Source: Auanema rhodensis
Taxonomy: Eukaryota > Animalia > Nematoda
NCBI GenBank assembly: GCA_964057225.1
Contig: OZ059894.1
Coordinates: 10,230,001-10,294,000 of the forward strand
Direction of reading: 5' to 3'
DNA: 64,000 bases
The notes beneath the pieces are model-generated. The model was not told where the DNA came from. It ran no database searches and worked only from the letters and a program-made list of their open reading frames with translations. The position numbers were made by a program, and so were the translations under genes. Position 1 is the first letter of the stretch; each line of letters starts with the position of its first letter. Shown in pieces: positions 27,560 to 39,203 of this stretch.

Positions 27560-28550
27560 TCGTTTGTCATGTTTTGCTAGTTATGATGCAAACAGAGAGT
27601 AATCTGTTGACATAACTACTGATATCCCTTAGCGACTTCGGCGACAACCAACGTAGCATGTAGCGAATCGCAAATTCTTTTGTCCGTTTAACAATCAGAT
27701 GACTAGCCGTCTGTCTTCTTCTTCCTCTTCTTTAACCTTTGCCAAGCCTATTGTATCTGCTACTAGCAACATGAAATCCATTCTGCGATCAAATCGAACA
27801 TACTGCATTGACTTTACCTCAAAGTATATTCAAACATCTGAATAGAATGTAGAACAAGCAAGATAATGATGGATGTTAAGACGAGCAAAATACTTCTAGT
27901 TTCTGCGATGAAACGAAACAATTCAGAATCTTACAACCAATCCCTCCTCTTCGTTTGAAACTACGACAGATGTAGCAGATCACGTTTATGGTTCTTAAAT
28001 CTGTCAGTTTCTGCCTTGACCTAGTCTTCTACTCCTTACCCGTTTTCGAAGAAAAATGGTAAAAGCTTCCACACGTTCGTATTCATCTTCCTCTTCTTCG
28101 TATTTCCATTGTTTTTTGCATTTCTTGTTCAAAATTCGTTTTTGTTTCAATGCGGTCTTTCTCATTCTCTTCCCCATTTTGCAAATCTTACTGAGAATTC
28201 AGAGACAGAGACTATTGGCATAGCTAACTATAATGAATAATTAAATGTCACTCAGTCTTTCGTCTTCTAATTCAACTTCATCATCTTCACGATTCGATTC
28301 TGATGCCGTGGTTGTCTCATCGTTTGAATAAAATTCTCATATCCCGCTGTTATTGTTTGCAAAACCATTCTTGACGACGATAGTGGAAGCCAAGGCCTTA
28401 TTGAAAAGTAATTGTGCCCTTTGGGCATCATCAGCTCCGATCAACACAGCATCTACGGATACTCCTTTTCACGTTATACTTCATCCATAATATTGCTCTT
28501 TATTTTATTTTGGCTATTTCATCCTCAAAACTTCATCTGCATTTTCTGAA
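27560..28550 (-). pseudogene. Possible decayed coding sequence or TE relic
   Basis: Microsatellite-free, higher-GC island. Minus-strand frames give protein-like fragments interrupted by stops (KGVSVDAVLIGADDAQRAQLLFNKAL...SGI*EFYSNDETT; KMGKRMRKTALKQKRILNKKCKKQWKYEEEEDEYERVEAF) with splice-like sites. Family not recognised. Confidence 0.25.
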
Positions 28551-31500
28551 AAAAACTAGCTTTCAATACTATTTCTTAAACTTATTCATCTCCTATAATT
28601 ATACATGTATATCCTTAATTCACGCTGTAAATGTTGTAGTTTTAAAGCTTTAATCTGTATTGTACAAAATCAAATAAAAAATGTCCCATCACGAATTCAA
28701 TATCAACATTAAGATCATAATGGGAGACCAAGAATAGTAAAGAATGAGAGAAAAAGAACGGGTGTAGCAAGACAACCCCAAAGAGGAAAATGATGGGTCT
28801 CCAATGACCCCGATAGATGTATTGAGGTTGACTATATTGTCTACAACTACTACTACCAATGCTAATACAATTAGTGGATTTCTGACTCCATTCTCAACAA
28901 CTCCCCAACCCTGAAATACCTACGCCATCCAACATCATTTACCTCTTTCACCATTTTTCTTCTCAAAATAATCCCTCAAACACTAAAACTTCTGCTCTCA
29001 CGTGCTGCTTCTTTGATGTTTTCATTTCTAATTTACTTGCCGTGTGGACCGGTCGCACACAATCTTCAAACTCTTTTTCATTTCAAATCTGAATTATGTT
29101 CTTTCATTTCTTCCCTCCTTCTCCAAGTTTTCTTCTATTTCCCCTTACATTTTATTTTTTTTTGTTAAAAATTTCCAGAACATTCGTTCAAAGATTTCAA
29201 TATTCTCTTTAGTCTTTTCTAGATTATATAGTCATCATCATCATTTTTGTTTCAAAATTCATAAAAAAAGGTCATTTAAGAGCAATATGAAGTACAAAAC
29301 CTAATACTTATCTGAAGATGACCAATTTCCCGCCTGAAGTAGTGGTCCGATTGAGCAAATCGTTTCCGATACCAGTTGCTAAAATGCTTTTTTCTTTTTC
29401 TTTTTTTCTTCAACTTCTCACCCATGTTTTCTTGCTCCCTCTCTCGCTCACCTTGTTTCTCCTTCCGATCTTACATCAGATTCCAAATATTTCGGTTTAA
29501 AAAAGAACAATCAAGACAAACAAATCGACTTTTAACTCTCTTTTTTGTGCCTCATTTGCCATAATAAACAATATAAAATTTCTTTTTTTTTTTCATAATA
29601 ACTCTTTTTCTCTCTCCTTCTCTCACTTTTATGAGGTAATTCATGTGGAAAAACAGTTAATGAAAGAATATTAGTAAAAGCCAAAAGATTTCCGATAAAA
29701 CTGTGAAAAAAAAACTTTACGGATGTCTTGAAAGACATGAAAAAATCCTGTTTTGCTGTAAATTTGTTTATCGGCAAATCTTTTCTGTTCATTTTATTTC
29801 TGTATATTTTCTTTTCAAATCTTCCTTTTTCTTGCTCAAACAGAAGTTTTGCAATCTCCTTCAATAGCAATCTATAAGCTACTGCTTGATCTTCAGACAC
29901 ACTTGAGATTTATCCCAAAATTTGATTATCCGTTATAATTGAAATTCATTAGCTTCTATCATCATTACATAGAAAAAATATAAATATCGCAATTCTTTTC
30001 ATCTCATTTCAGTCAAAAACGATGGAAAGAGAGAGAGAGAGGGAGAGAGAGAGAGAGATGATGATCATCACACTGAATTTTTCATTTCTTGCCTTTTTTC
30101 ATAAAAATTTCTTTATTTGTTCTGCACAGTTATATGTCTTCTGTTCTGTAAACTTTGTGAAAACTGTGTTAACCTCAGAAATCTAGCCTGGAATATGAGA
30201 AATAAGAGATGAAGAAACTATTTTCAAAAAGAGGTCAACAAGGACAACTATTTGGCCTAATGACCAACAATACCTCAAATTTTCTTCTATTTCAATCATA
30301 TGTGTATACAAAGCATCATAAATTATTCTTCTTTCTGTTTGTTTGTTTTGTTGTTTATTAGTTTTTCTTTTCATAATTTCATAAATTACCTCCAATTTCT
30401 CTTTTGTTTCTCTTTCTCTCTTACACTCTCCGATCTCTTAATCTCTCACTCAATTCTTCTTCTTCTTCTTCTTTCTTTTCTACTGTTTCCCTTTCTTTTA
30501 TCGAAATTCGCTTCAATAATCGACGACGGTAGAAGATCTTTATATCTGACCTCACTTGTGTGGCTACTTCGTCATTGAGAGTGAGAAGATCTTCTTTCTA
30601 TTCAATACTACTGTAAACAGGCTTCAAACTTACTATCTAGCTCCTTCAAACTCCTGCTGTGTTATTCAGTTTTCTTGTTTTCATATTTCAAATACTTTCA
30701 TTCATATTCAAAACTATTGAGATGTTATCTCAGAAAAGATTTTACCTTTTACCTCTTCATCTCATTTCTTTAATTTTCGACTTAACCTTTGTTTCAACAG
30801 CTCAAATTTCATAAAAAAACGGGAAGAATGAAAAGAAAACATTCATAATCTCATTATAAACCGATTAAAGTTGCAAAGTCAGCATTGTTTTTATTCTGTT
30901 TTTCTTAACGTTCTCTTATTTTCCTTCAATCTTTCTGTTTGTGAAGATAGTTGAGGCGAGATCTATTGATATAAGAGGAAAGGTATAAGGTCGTATGAAA
31001 AACAATCAGAAGAAGCCTAGTTTGTCATCTCGCCTCACCACTTCTCAACTCTCACCTGTCCGCCTGTCTACTTGCTCTTGCTCAAACCCAATCCGCCTAC
31101 TTCTATATACAGAAGCCATTCACACCCCTATCGTCGATTCACCGACACGTCGTTCACTTCACCTTATTCTCGATCTCATCATCTCTCATATCGTCGTCTC
31201 TCCTTCTTTTTTTTCTAAATTCATGACATTCCCTTCATTTTTCTCTTTTATTCCCTTTGTACACACTTATGAACTCATTTTATCCAGAATCTTCTTATAT
31301 CGAAAAAATACCGTAAATTGAGCAATTCAACAACATTTTCGTTGTACGTTCAAGTCAATTATGAATATTTACATCGATTTTTTCATATTGTCTATCAGGT
31401 TTCCGTCTATTCTATAATGACATATGTATTTCTATCATGATTCTCCCTAAGTTTTCGCAATTCTTGACAAACCTTGTGATGTTTCTTAACATCACACACG

Positions 31501-34126
31501 TCAAGCAACACCTAAACTTTTTTTCATCTCCTAGTTGGATTGGTGTCATAGAGAGAAAGAAATAAAGAGAGAGAGAGGGAGAAAGAGAGATAGAGAGAGA
31601 TCGCATCTTCTGAACACAAGCAGCAACCTGTATTGACATTTTAACTTCTATTCTTCAAGTTTCTCAAAGAACTTCAATTTCTTCCGCTATAAGTCAGCCG
31701 CTACCCCCATCTCTCCCTCTCTCTCTCTCTCTATCTTTCTTACTTACTTCTTTTTTCTCACCCACCTTACTTAGCGCATGTTCTGAAAACTAATGCCATT
31801 TTCATTCTGTAGGAACTAGAACCATCTTCTTAATCCAATTTCGATTTTCAAAAATAATTTCAATCGCACAGAACATTTTCTAACTCGACCATCTGTCCTG
31901 TCTGATTATCGCAATTTATGGTCTTCTTCTTCTTCTTCTTCTTCTATGTCTTATGATACAATCTACATCTTCTATATAGTTTCTAGACCAAGATGATGAA
32001 AACCATTTATATCAATCAATATTCATGATTTGCCATATAAAGTATTCGTTCCAATTTCTTGTTGTCTTATCCACTCTCATCACGTCATCAATATCTACCC
32101 AGCAATCTGTCCAATGCCTATGAACGAACCATTATAGCTGAATATCTCTCCGTATATCATTACCTAGTTTGTATTCAGAAATCTTAAATTTTTGTAGTTT
32201 TTCAGTATTTTATACTCTTTAAAAGGCTTCACAATACATTCTATTATTGATTTATAGATTTCAATCAAATTATCTGTATTATATCTCAATCATATCGATT
32301 CTATTTGCTTTTTTTGGTCAAACATTTCCGACTTAAAGGAGGAGAAGTAGAATGACGAAGAGGAAGTCAATTGTCTTCTCGCTTCACCCCTACGATGATG
32401 TTCTTCTATCTGTTCGTTGTATGCCATTCTCTTCTCCTATTTCCCAAGCTAAACATCAGTTCTCTAGATGTGAAATGTCTTGTTTCATCTAACATTCAAT
32501 ATCCGTAACAATTCACTCAATTGACTTGTTTTCTTGTAGTTAAAAAGGCACCACGAAAGCTATTTTCTCACTCCCTATATGTCTAAGAAGAGAAGTCATT
32601 TTGCCAGCTATCTGCAACTGTTTGATTTTCGTATTTGAATTTTTCTGTCAATAATCGAAAATCTGCGAATGCATCGAGAATCAGTTCCTTTCCTTTTCAT
32701 TTCTCTCACTAATATACATATAGTGAATATCAAATCTATGTAGAAAAAAACATGTTTTTCGTTATAATTGAGTAAATCCTTATAATATAGTTAAGCAGAC
32801 ATCTTCTGGCTTCTTTCTTTTTCCAAGCATTTTATCATTAAATCATTACATATCTTAAATTAATCTTCACCACATTGCTTTTTACTTAAGGAATAACTTT
32901 GGAATATCTTCTTCTATTTTTCATTTTTCCTCTCAAACATCTCTCCTCACATCGTTTTGTCCTCAAATTATTTACCTGAAGCATCATCAGAGTGCTTTGA
33001 TCCATGAATTTACTTCTCATCTAATTTACCAAATAATATACTCAATACTCCTCTTTCCAGTAAAATTTCTAGTTTTTATGTTTTACAAGTCATTTTTCGC
33101 CAAAATCCAAACTCTATTTATAATTTACATATTGTTTTCTTATAAAATACTCAAATGTGAGCCATTTTTCTGGTTTTTTTCACGTTAAATCTTTATTTCC
33201 CTTCTTCATATACGTTAATACGCTATTCTTATATGACGTCATTAACATACAGAATCATTTTCAATTTTTATTTCTACGAAGCGGTTGCATTTTTGTATAT
33301 TTCTTACCAAAATCAATTTTTGTTGTTTTCTTTTTCTTTTTTTTTATAGAAAGATTCATTCATTCTATCTCGATTTCTTCTTTTTCATGATCGTCAACAT
33401 GAACAACTAGATACAAAACTTCTTTTATTTTATTTTCTACAGTTATGTTATAACTTGTATCTTATTAAACTGAAACTATAATACTATATATATAATATAT
33501 ATTATATAAACTTCAAGCTATCATTCATTTTGTATTCTTAATATACAAGATCTGGTTAGAAAAGCAATCGCACAGCACAAGCTAACCGTACCTGTCTCAG
33601 TAACTATAAAACATATATCAGTATATATACATAAACAAACATAAACTTCATAAAAATCATTGTGACTATTGTTGCTCAGTTGTTGTCTATCTTTAACTAT
33701 ATTTCTCACTATAAAGCTTATATATCAAACATAATACTTGCTGAGCTCATACCAATAGCATTTTCTTTTTTCTTTTTTTTTTTGACAAGCATAAGCAATT
33801 TTCAAAATAAAACGACATGACAATGCTGAGGTAAAAACAAAATTTAAACTTATATTTGTTTTATATGAATACATTTTATAAATATATGTATATGTATATG
33901 TTTTATATAGTTAATATGACCTTCGTAAATGACCTAAACTAGATAGTAACTAGTTAACTAGCTTGCAATAGCTCTCATTTCATTTGTGTTTATAAGTAAA
34001 TCTCTATAATAACTAACAATAGTTCCACTTTTCCATATTTATTACATATATATGTTTATAAGAGAATACCAGTAAAAAAAATGATTTAGATTAACACCTT
34101 TGATGGGTGTTTCATTCAATTTCAAT

Positions 34127-34170
<44 letters not shown>

Positions 34171-34762
34171 CCAAATTGCAGAGCTGTTATCAGTTAGAGT
34201 TTGCATGCATCTGATGTATTAAGAGCACATTTAAAATAAGAAATGATGTATTTCGATCATCTAAAGAACACTTTTTACTTCCTTAAATTTAAGAATTTAT
34301 TGTAGTTTGTAAGGACAACATTCAAACATTAAAATATTTCGAATATACACATGTTGATATCATTTTTAATATTTTTTTTAAAAATTAATTATAAATATAA
34401 TAATCAGATAATGTACTATATAATTAATTGATGTCATTTGTACTTATCTTAAAAGAAAAAAAACTTAAGATTTTAAATGTTACATATGTACTCAACTATA
34501 TACATATAGTATATATTCTGATGATGTATTCATTTGGACCAGTTTTTTTTCCTTGTTTAGTCATACAAAGTGGTCAATTATTTTGTCTTCAGAACATCTA
34601 ACTATGGGGATATTTGAAGATGAAAGTTTCTTTTCCGCATATTTCCAGCTCTTATTCATATCTCCTTTGTCGATGTTTTTCATTTCATTTTCTTTTTTTC
34701 TTCATCAATTTCATAACTTTGTCATCTTCTCAAGCTTATATTTCTATAGGATTTACAAACAA

Positions 34763-35214
34763 ATGCTTTGGACATTGCTCTTTCTTCCGTTGGTTTTCAC
34801 TGCGCACTTCCCTGATCCTCCAGTTTTTGCTGCAGTACAGCATTTTCCTTCGATCTGCTATCTTCCACCAGGTAAAGTTTCAGACAAGTTTTTATTTTCG
34901 CAAAATAAAGTTGCAACTTTCAAAAAGAAATAAAGAAAGCTAGTCAAATGGTTTACAAACGCTGAGAGTGCTTTTCACAACGACAGTATTTCAGACTCCG
35001 GATTGTGTGATACAACTGCAACTGAAAAACCTGAACTACTAACCAGATATTACTTTGATTCAACAACTCAACAGTGCTATCCGTTTGGTGTTCAAGGATG
35101 TGGAGGAAATGAGAACAGGTTTGAACCATTTGCTCGAGTCTTCAAACAATTTCAACTTTCAGATTCAAAGATATGGAATCATGTGAGAAATACTGCCAAC
35201 TCGAAATCAAATGA
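34763..35214 (+). CDS. Secreted single-domain Kunitz/BPTI protein (94 aa)
   Basis: Exons 34763-34871, 34995-35118, 35163-35214. Hydrophobic signal MLWTLLFLPLVFTA; six-Cys pattern CYLPPDSGLC...RYYFDSTTQQCYPFGVQGCGGNENRFKDMESCEKYC. Confidence 0.92.
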
Positions 35215-35463
35215 TGGCAATTACTGGAATATAGTTTTTAATCATTCCATTATTATCACAAAAGCCATTTTTAACGGGTCACAACAATTGGAGATGTTTC
35301 TCAAACAAGAAACTTGCATAGTTTTGTCATAATATAATTATAAAGGGTTATTTTTGATATCACAAACTGTTATTAAACCCATAAAACAAAATAAATAGAT
35401 AAATACGATAAAACAGCTGGAATTTGTAACCATCACAAGTCAGGAAACATCCATATCAACAAC

Positions 35464-35794
35464 TTAAACGTAGATTCCAACCCAAAGAAGCAAGAACAGG
35501 GAACCAAATCCAAGAAGAAGAGAGGTGATCAGAGCCATAGAAACCTCCTTCACAAGGCTGCGAGTGTACTTGTTGGAAGTAACCTACAAGAGATATACAT
35601 ATACAGGAGCACTAGCATAAACTTCAAACCTCATAAACAAGGAACCAAGCTAAGAAGAGAAGCCCCAACCCTCCAAAAGTACAAGTGAGAAGAGGGAAAT
35701 TTCCCTGGCTAGTCTACAAACAAAAACTACATAAAATCGTTAAATTCTATAAACATACCACTCCAGCAAATCTTTCCATCTTGCTAACATCCAT
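35464..35794 (-). CDS. TMEM258: TMEM258/OST5 oligosaccharyltransferase subunit (79 aa)
   Basis: Exons 35759-35794, 35630-35713, 35464-35583 give [79 protein letters not shown]. Same length as human TMEM258, with matching AWFxVYEVTSxKYTR and [15 protein letters not shown] motifs. Confidence 0.95.
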
Positions 35795-36082
35795 AGTTAA
35801 CCTGGCGAAGTACCTGAACCAGTTTAATGAATATTCCAGAAAAAAGGATAATGAATGTGAAGTACGAATCGCAAAAACGATCATAAGTTCAAAGTAAACA
35901 GTTTTACATGCTTCTTCTTTATATTTACAACATGAAAAGTATCTATCAAACATTTTGTAGTAGAAAATGATGTACACGTTAATAACATAGCAGCCGAAAT
36001 GAAGAAAAGACCAGAATAACAGATCAGTTATGAAGTATGTCTCTTTCAATGTACAAAAAGTATTTACAGGAATGAATCTCTT

Positions 36083-38467
36083 TTAGAATTCACGGTCAGG
36101 GAAAAGAGCTGGAGCAATCATAGACCAGCCATACAAGGCTAAACAAAGCCAAGAAGAAACAATCTTAACCCAAACAGAAGCCATGTTACTGTTCAAGTGA
36201 CTGAGATCGTTATCAGGTCTGTAAAAGGCTCGATGACTAACAAACTTTATATAAAATAACTCACTTGTACCAACTTGTTAATGTCATCATGACATACAAA
36301 GACGCCAATCCGAACATGAAATGGAAGAAAGAGTATGAATAAGCTACTCCGTCAGCTTCATTATCCCAAGTCTTGGTATTGCCAGTTTCAGCATCATCTG
36401 TAAGATTAAATTGTGATCAAAAACGAGAATTTAAGACGGAATTCTCAACGTGCAACAAAACGGACAGATTTCATGCAACACAAAAGAGTAAAACGAATCC
36501 CCCATTTACAGACTATCTACTAAAGGTGAAACAAATGGGAAACTACGTCATACCCTGGATAATCGCATCTCTGGACCCACTAAGTTGAATGCTTTCATCT
36601 CCTCCGGTAATTTTTCCAAGAGAGGTGTTAGAAGAATTTCTGATTGAAGCGTAAAGCAGACAAGCAAACCACAAGATCAAAGAGATAATAGATTGAGCAG
36701 GTAGAGGTGTACCGTATCCCTGAAAAGAAACAATCAACTCGAAACTTTCAAACAGTATACTTACGTGTTCTCCCTTGTCGTCAACTTTTGAAGTATTCGT
36801 GAACAAGCTGATGAGAGATGGATTACACTCCTTGTCTGGAAAGTACATAGTTTCGAGAGCAATAATTGCAACTAATTTACCTGGGTTGTTGACAAGGGCA
36901 GACCAAGTCAAATAAACAACATACATGCAAATGAAAGAGGACTGAAGAAGTCCAGAACGGGGCATTCTACAATTAAAAAACTGTAAGTAAGTAACTGATA
37001 GAAAGGACAAGTACCTCTCTTGAACAAATGGCATTACGGAAAGTACACTGACTCCAATGCATAAAAGCATATTGAAGGTAATAAAGAACTTTGGAAGTCC
37101 GCATGAGCCACCCTGCAACTCAGTTGATACAATGATAATATTACTATAGAATCTTACAGTAGTATAGATGATGTACATAAAGATTATGGCGATGAAGGAA
37201 CAGACAAAAGCTCCAAAGGAGAAAGACAATAGACCAGCAAAACACCAACGAGACTCAGTTTCTTCGTAACTAAACAATACAAATAAACAAAGGATATGTA
37301 ATGGCTGACCAACCTTTCAACCCATTTTTCAGCCAAACCGTGAGCAAAGTCAACGATTAGGATAAGCTGAATGAGAATGAACATGAAACCACCGAGTAAG
37401 CCAATCCACATCAGAGCTAAAATTCCAAATAAGTTGTGAAAAGTTATGATAATAAGCGGGTTTTAGCACCAAAACTGTGGGAAGGATTTGACACTCTTGG
37501 AAGCATATACAGCAGACTAAGAGTAACACTAATCCCTCTCTACGTTATCGCACCCTAATATTATACGTCAGCCACATATAGTGGAAGCCGTCCCTTGAAG
37601 GTGCCACGTAGAAGATTCGAACCCCGAACTATCAATGACAGACCGGAGTTCTACCCTTACACTATATGGCTGTCGACTTACGTGTTGCTAAATGATCACT
37701 GCTGATGAAGAAGAACGCGATAACCAATCCAATAAGCAACAAATATTTGAAAAACCTAGAAATAATATATTCTTATATCATATATAGAATAGTTAAATAC
37801 CAGAATCCATTTTGCATAGCCGACCGTCCATCTTTAGAAGATTTCACTCCAAGCATCATAACCATTAAAATGAAGAAAAATGAAGCCATTCCAGCACACA
37901 ATCTAAACCAATTTTTTAAAGTTTTTTAACAGAAAGTAATTTTGATAAAGATTCTTATATTTTACCTGTAAACGGCTTGGAATCCAGTAGCTTTTTCGCA
38001 AGTTATACCAGCAATATCACTCAATCCTTTGCAGAACCATTCATGCTGGAAAAGTAAGAATTACAAAACATTATAAAGAAAATAGAAAGATGCAACCAGT
38101 TCATTTTTTTCAAACTCGAAAATGAATTAAGTTACCATTGTGAAAAATGTTGAAAATTCAGAAAAAAATGAAAATAGTGAAGCTATTGCTTCACTGTTAT
38201 AATTCACTCAACACATACCTTCGCCATATATTCCTGAATTCCAGGAGCGAGCATTATACAGGCTACAACAGTACCCAAGAAGAGCATCAAAGCATACATG
38301 ATACGAGTTGTAGTAGAATTTCTTGTTGTGGGACAAGCAGCACAACATAATGAGCATGCTGCACTTCCGAAGCAACATGCTGTCTGAAAAAATATTAAAA
38401 AATTACTTAATTTAAGAAAACTGTAGATTACCGAAGCTCCACAAGGTAGAGCTAGGAGAGCACCCAT
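36083..38467 (-). CDS. SERINC: Serine incorporator (SERINC/TMS1/TDE family)
   Basis: Multi-exon. N-terminus [26 protein letters not shown]...STTTRIMYA; [55 protein letters not shown]; C-terminus [10 protein letters not shown]. Confidence 0.96.
37471..37474 (-). terminator. Oligo-T (TTTT) Pol III terminator right after the ACA box
   Basis: Minus strand ACAGTTTT. Confidence 0.55.
37473..37604 (-). ncRNA. Box H/ACA snoRNA guiding 18S pseudouridylation at positions equivalent to human U1625 (5' hairpin) and U1248 (3' hairpin; SNORA13/snR35-like)
   Basis: In SERINC intron 37417-37681. 3' hairpin: GAGGGAUU/AAUCCUUC and ACUCUU/AAGAGU stems, ACA at 37476-37478, 14 nt from the pocket; guides match AUUUGAC-U-C-AACAC. 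5' hairpin: GCACC/GGUGC base; guides match AUUAU-U-G-CCCUUGAA. The H box is imperfect (AUAACG). Confidence 0.88.
37602..37670 (-). promoter_or_regulatory. Degenerate tRNA(Asp-GTC)-like leader with Pol III A and B boxes upstream of the snoRNA
   Basis: Acceptor-like GCCATAT/ACGTGGC+A; A box TAGTGTAAGGG (37654-37664); CTGTCAT anticodon-loop-like; B box GGTTCGAATCT (37613-37623). Anticodon and T stems are decayed, so this is not a functional tRNA. Confidence 0.75.
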
Positions 38468-39060
38468 TCTAACAAGTTATGCTGAACAAGGATTATTTTT
38501 AAAAATAACATTAGCATAAATTATAACTAACGAAAACAATATGGAGATTTAATGTTTAAATTCAGGAATATTAAAAGAATGTTAAATTTGATAACATTGG
38601 ATTTGTGCTATGTACATAATGAAATCATTTAGATAACAGTGACCATCACACTTTTTCAAAACAATAGGACAGGGTGAGAGAACCATTGTTCTCGCTTACT
38701 ATAAAAATTAAAGCTTATAATATAAAAACAATGCTATTGATTCAAAATTAAACAAGCCCAACATGCTCACTATGCTTTTGCGTGTGACTGTGTTTCATAT
38801 TGATTCGGCTGCTTGTTGGATCGTGGCGGGACTAATATTACACAAAGTCATATGAGTGCCAGCCCCACCCCTCGTTTCCCTTTCGGTGTGAATCAAAACA
38901 TGAAATTGACTATGAAATGTGATTATATCTGTCGTAATATTTTTGATGAAGAAAATCCCGCCATTATATGCAACCTATAATACTATTGGTAGACTATTGA
39001 GACCCCTACCTCGAATATTAGAAATACCCACGTTACTAAAGTCTTACGAAATCAATTCAA

Positions 39061-39083
39061 TGAGTCAGCCAAAGTATATAAAG
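39061..39083 (+). promoter_or_regulatory. AP-1/ARE-like TGAGTCAGC next to a nematode-type TATA box (GTATATAAAG) upstream of sqst-1
   Basis: TGAGTCAGC at 39061-39069 and GTATATAAAG at 39074-39083, ~120 bp before the ATG, in the ~740-bp divergent SERINC/sqst-1 intergenic region. Confidence 0.5.
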
Positions 39084-39203
39084 CGGAGTCTTTCTGTTTC
39101 TTCCCTTCCAAGTGTCTGCTGATAATTCTTTGCCAATTTTTCTATTTTCTCATTTTATGTTTAGAATATTTCTATTCTTTACTTATTAAGTAAATTATAG
39201 ATA

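Larger units (their letters stand above)
500..34166. repeat. Domain densely packed with (GA/TC)n microsatellites plus (TA)n, (GAT)n and (GAA)n tracts
   Basis: Dozens of tracts, e.g. 2313-2351, 10531-10569, 12159-12222, 16305-16359, 22661-22711, 23242-23285; the last long one is 34130-34166. Most short SLSLS/ERERE ORFs in the ORF track come from these. Confidence 0.95.

Noticed and set aside
157-33709. Numerous 60-170 aa ORFs with SLSLSL/ERERER/YIYIY runs
   Set aside because: These are translations of microsatellites with no splice-consistent or homologous coding signal.
37602-37670. Functional tRNA-Asp gene or a tRNA-derived SINE
   Set aside because: The anticodon and T stems do not pair. 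The downstream sequence is a well-formed H/ACA RNA with rRNA guides rather than a SINE body, and there is no tail or target-site duplication.
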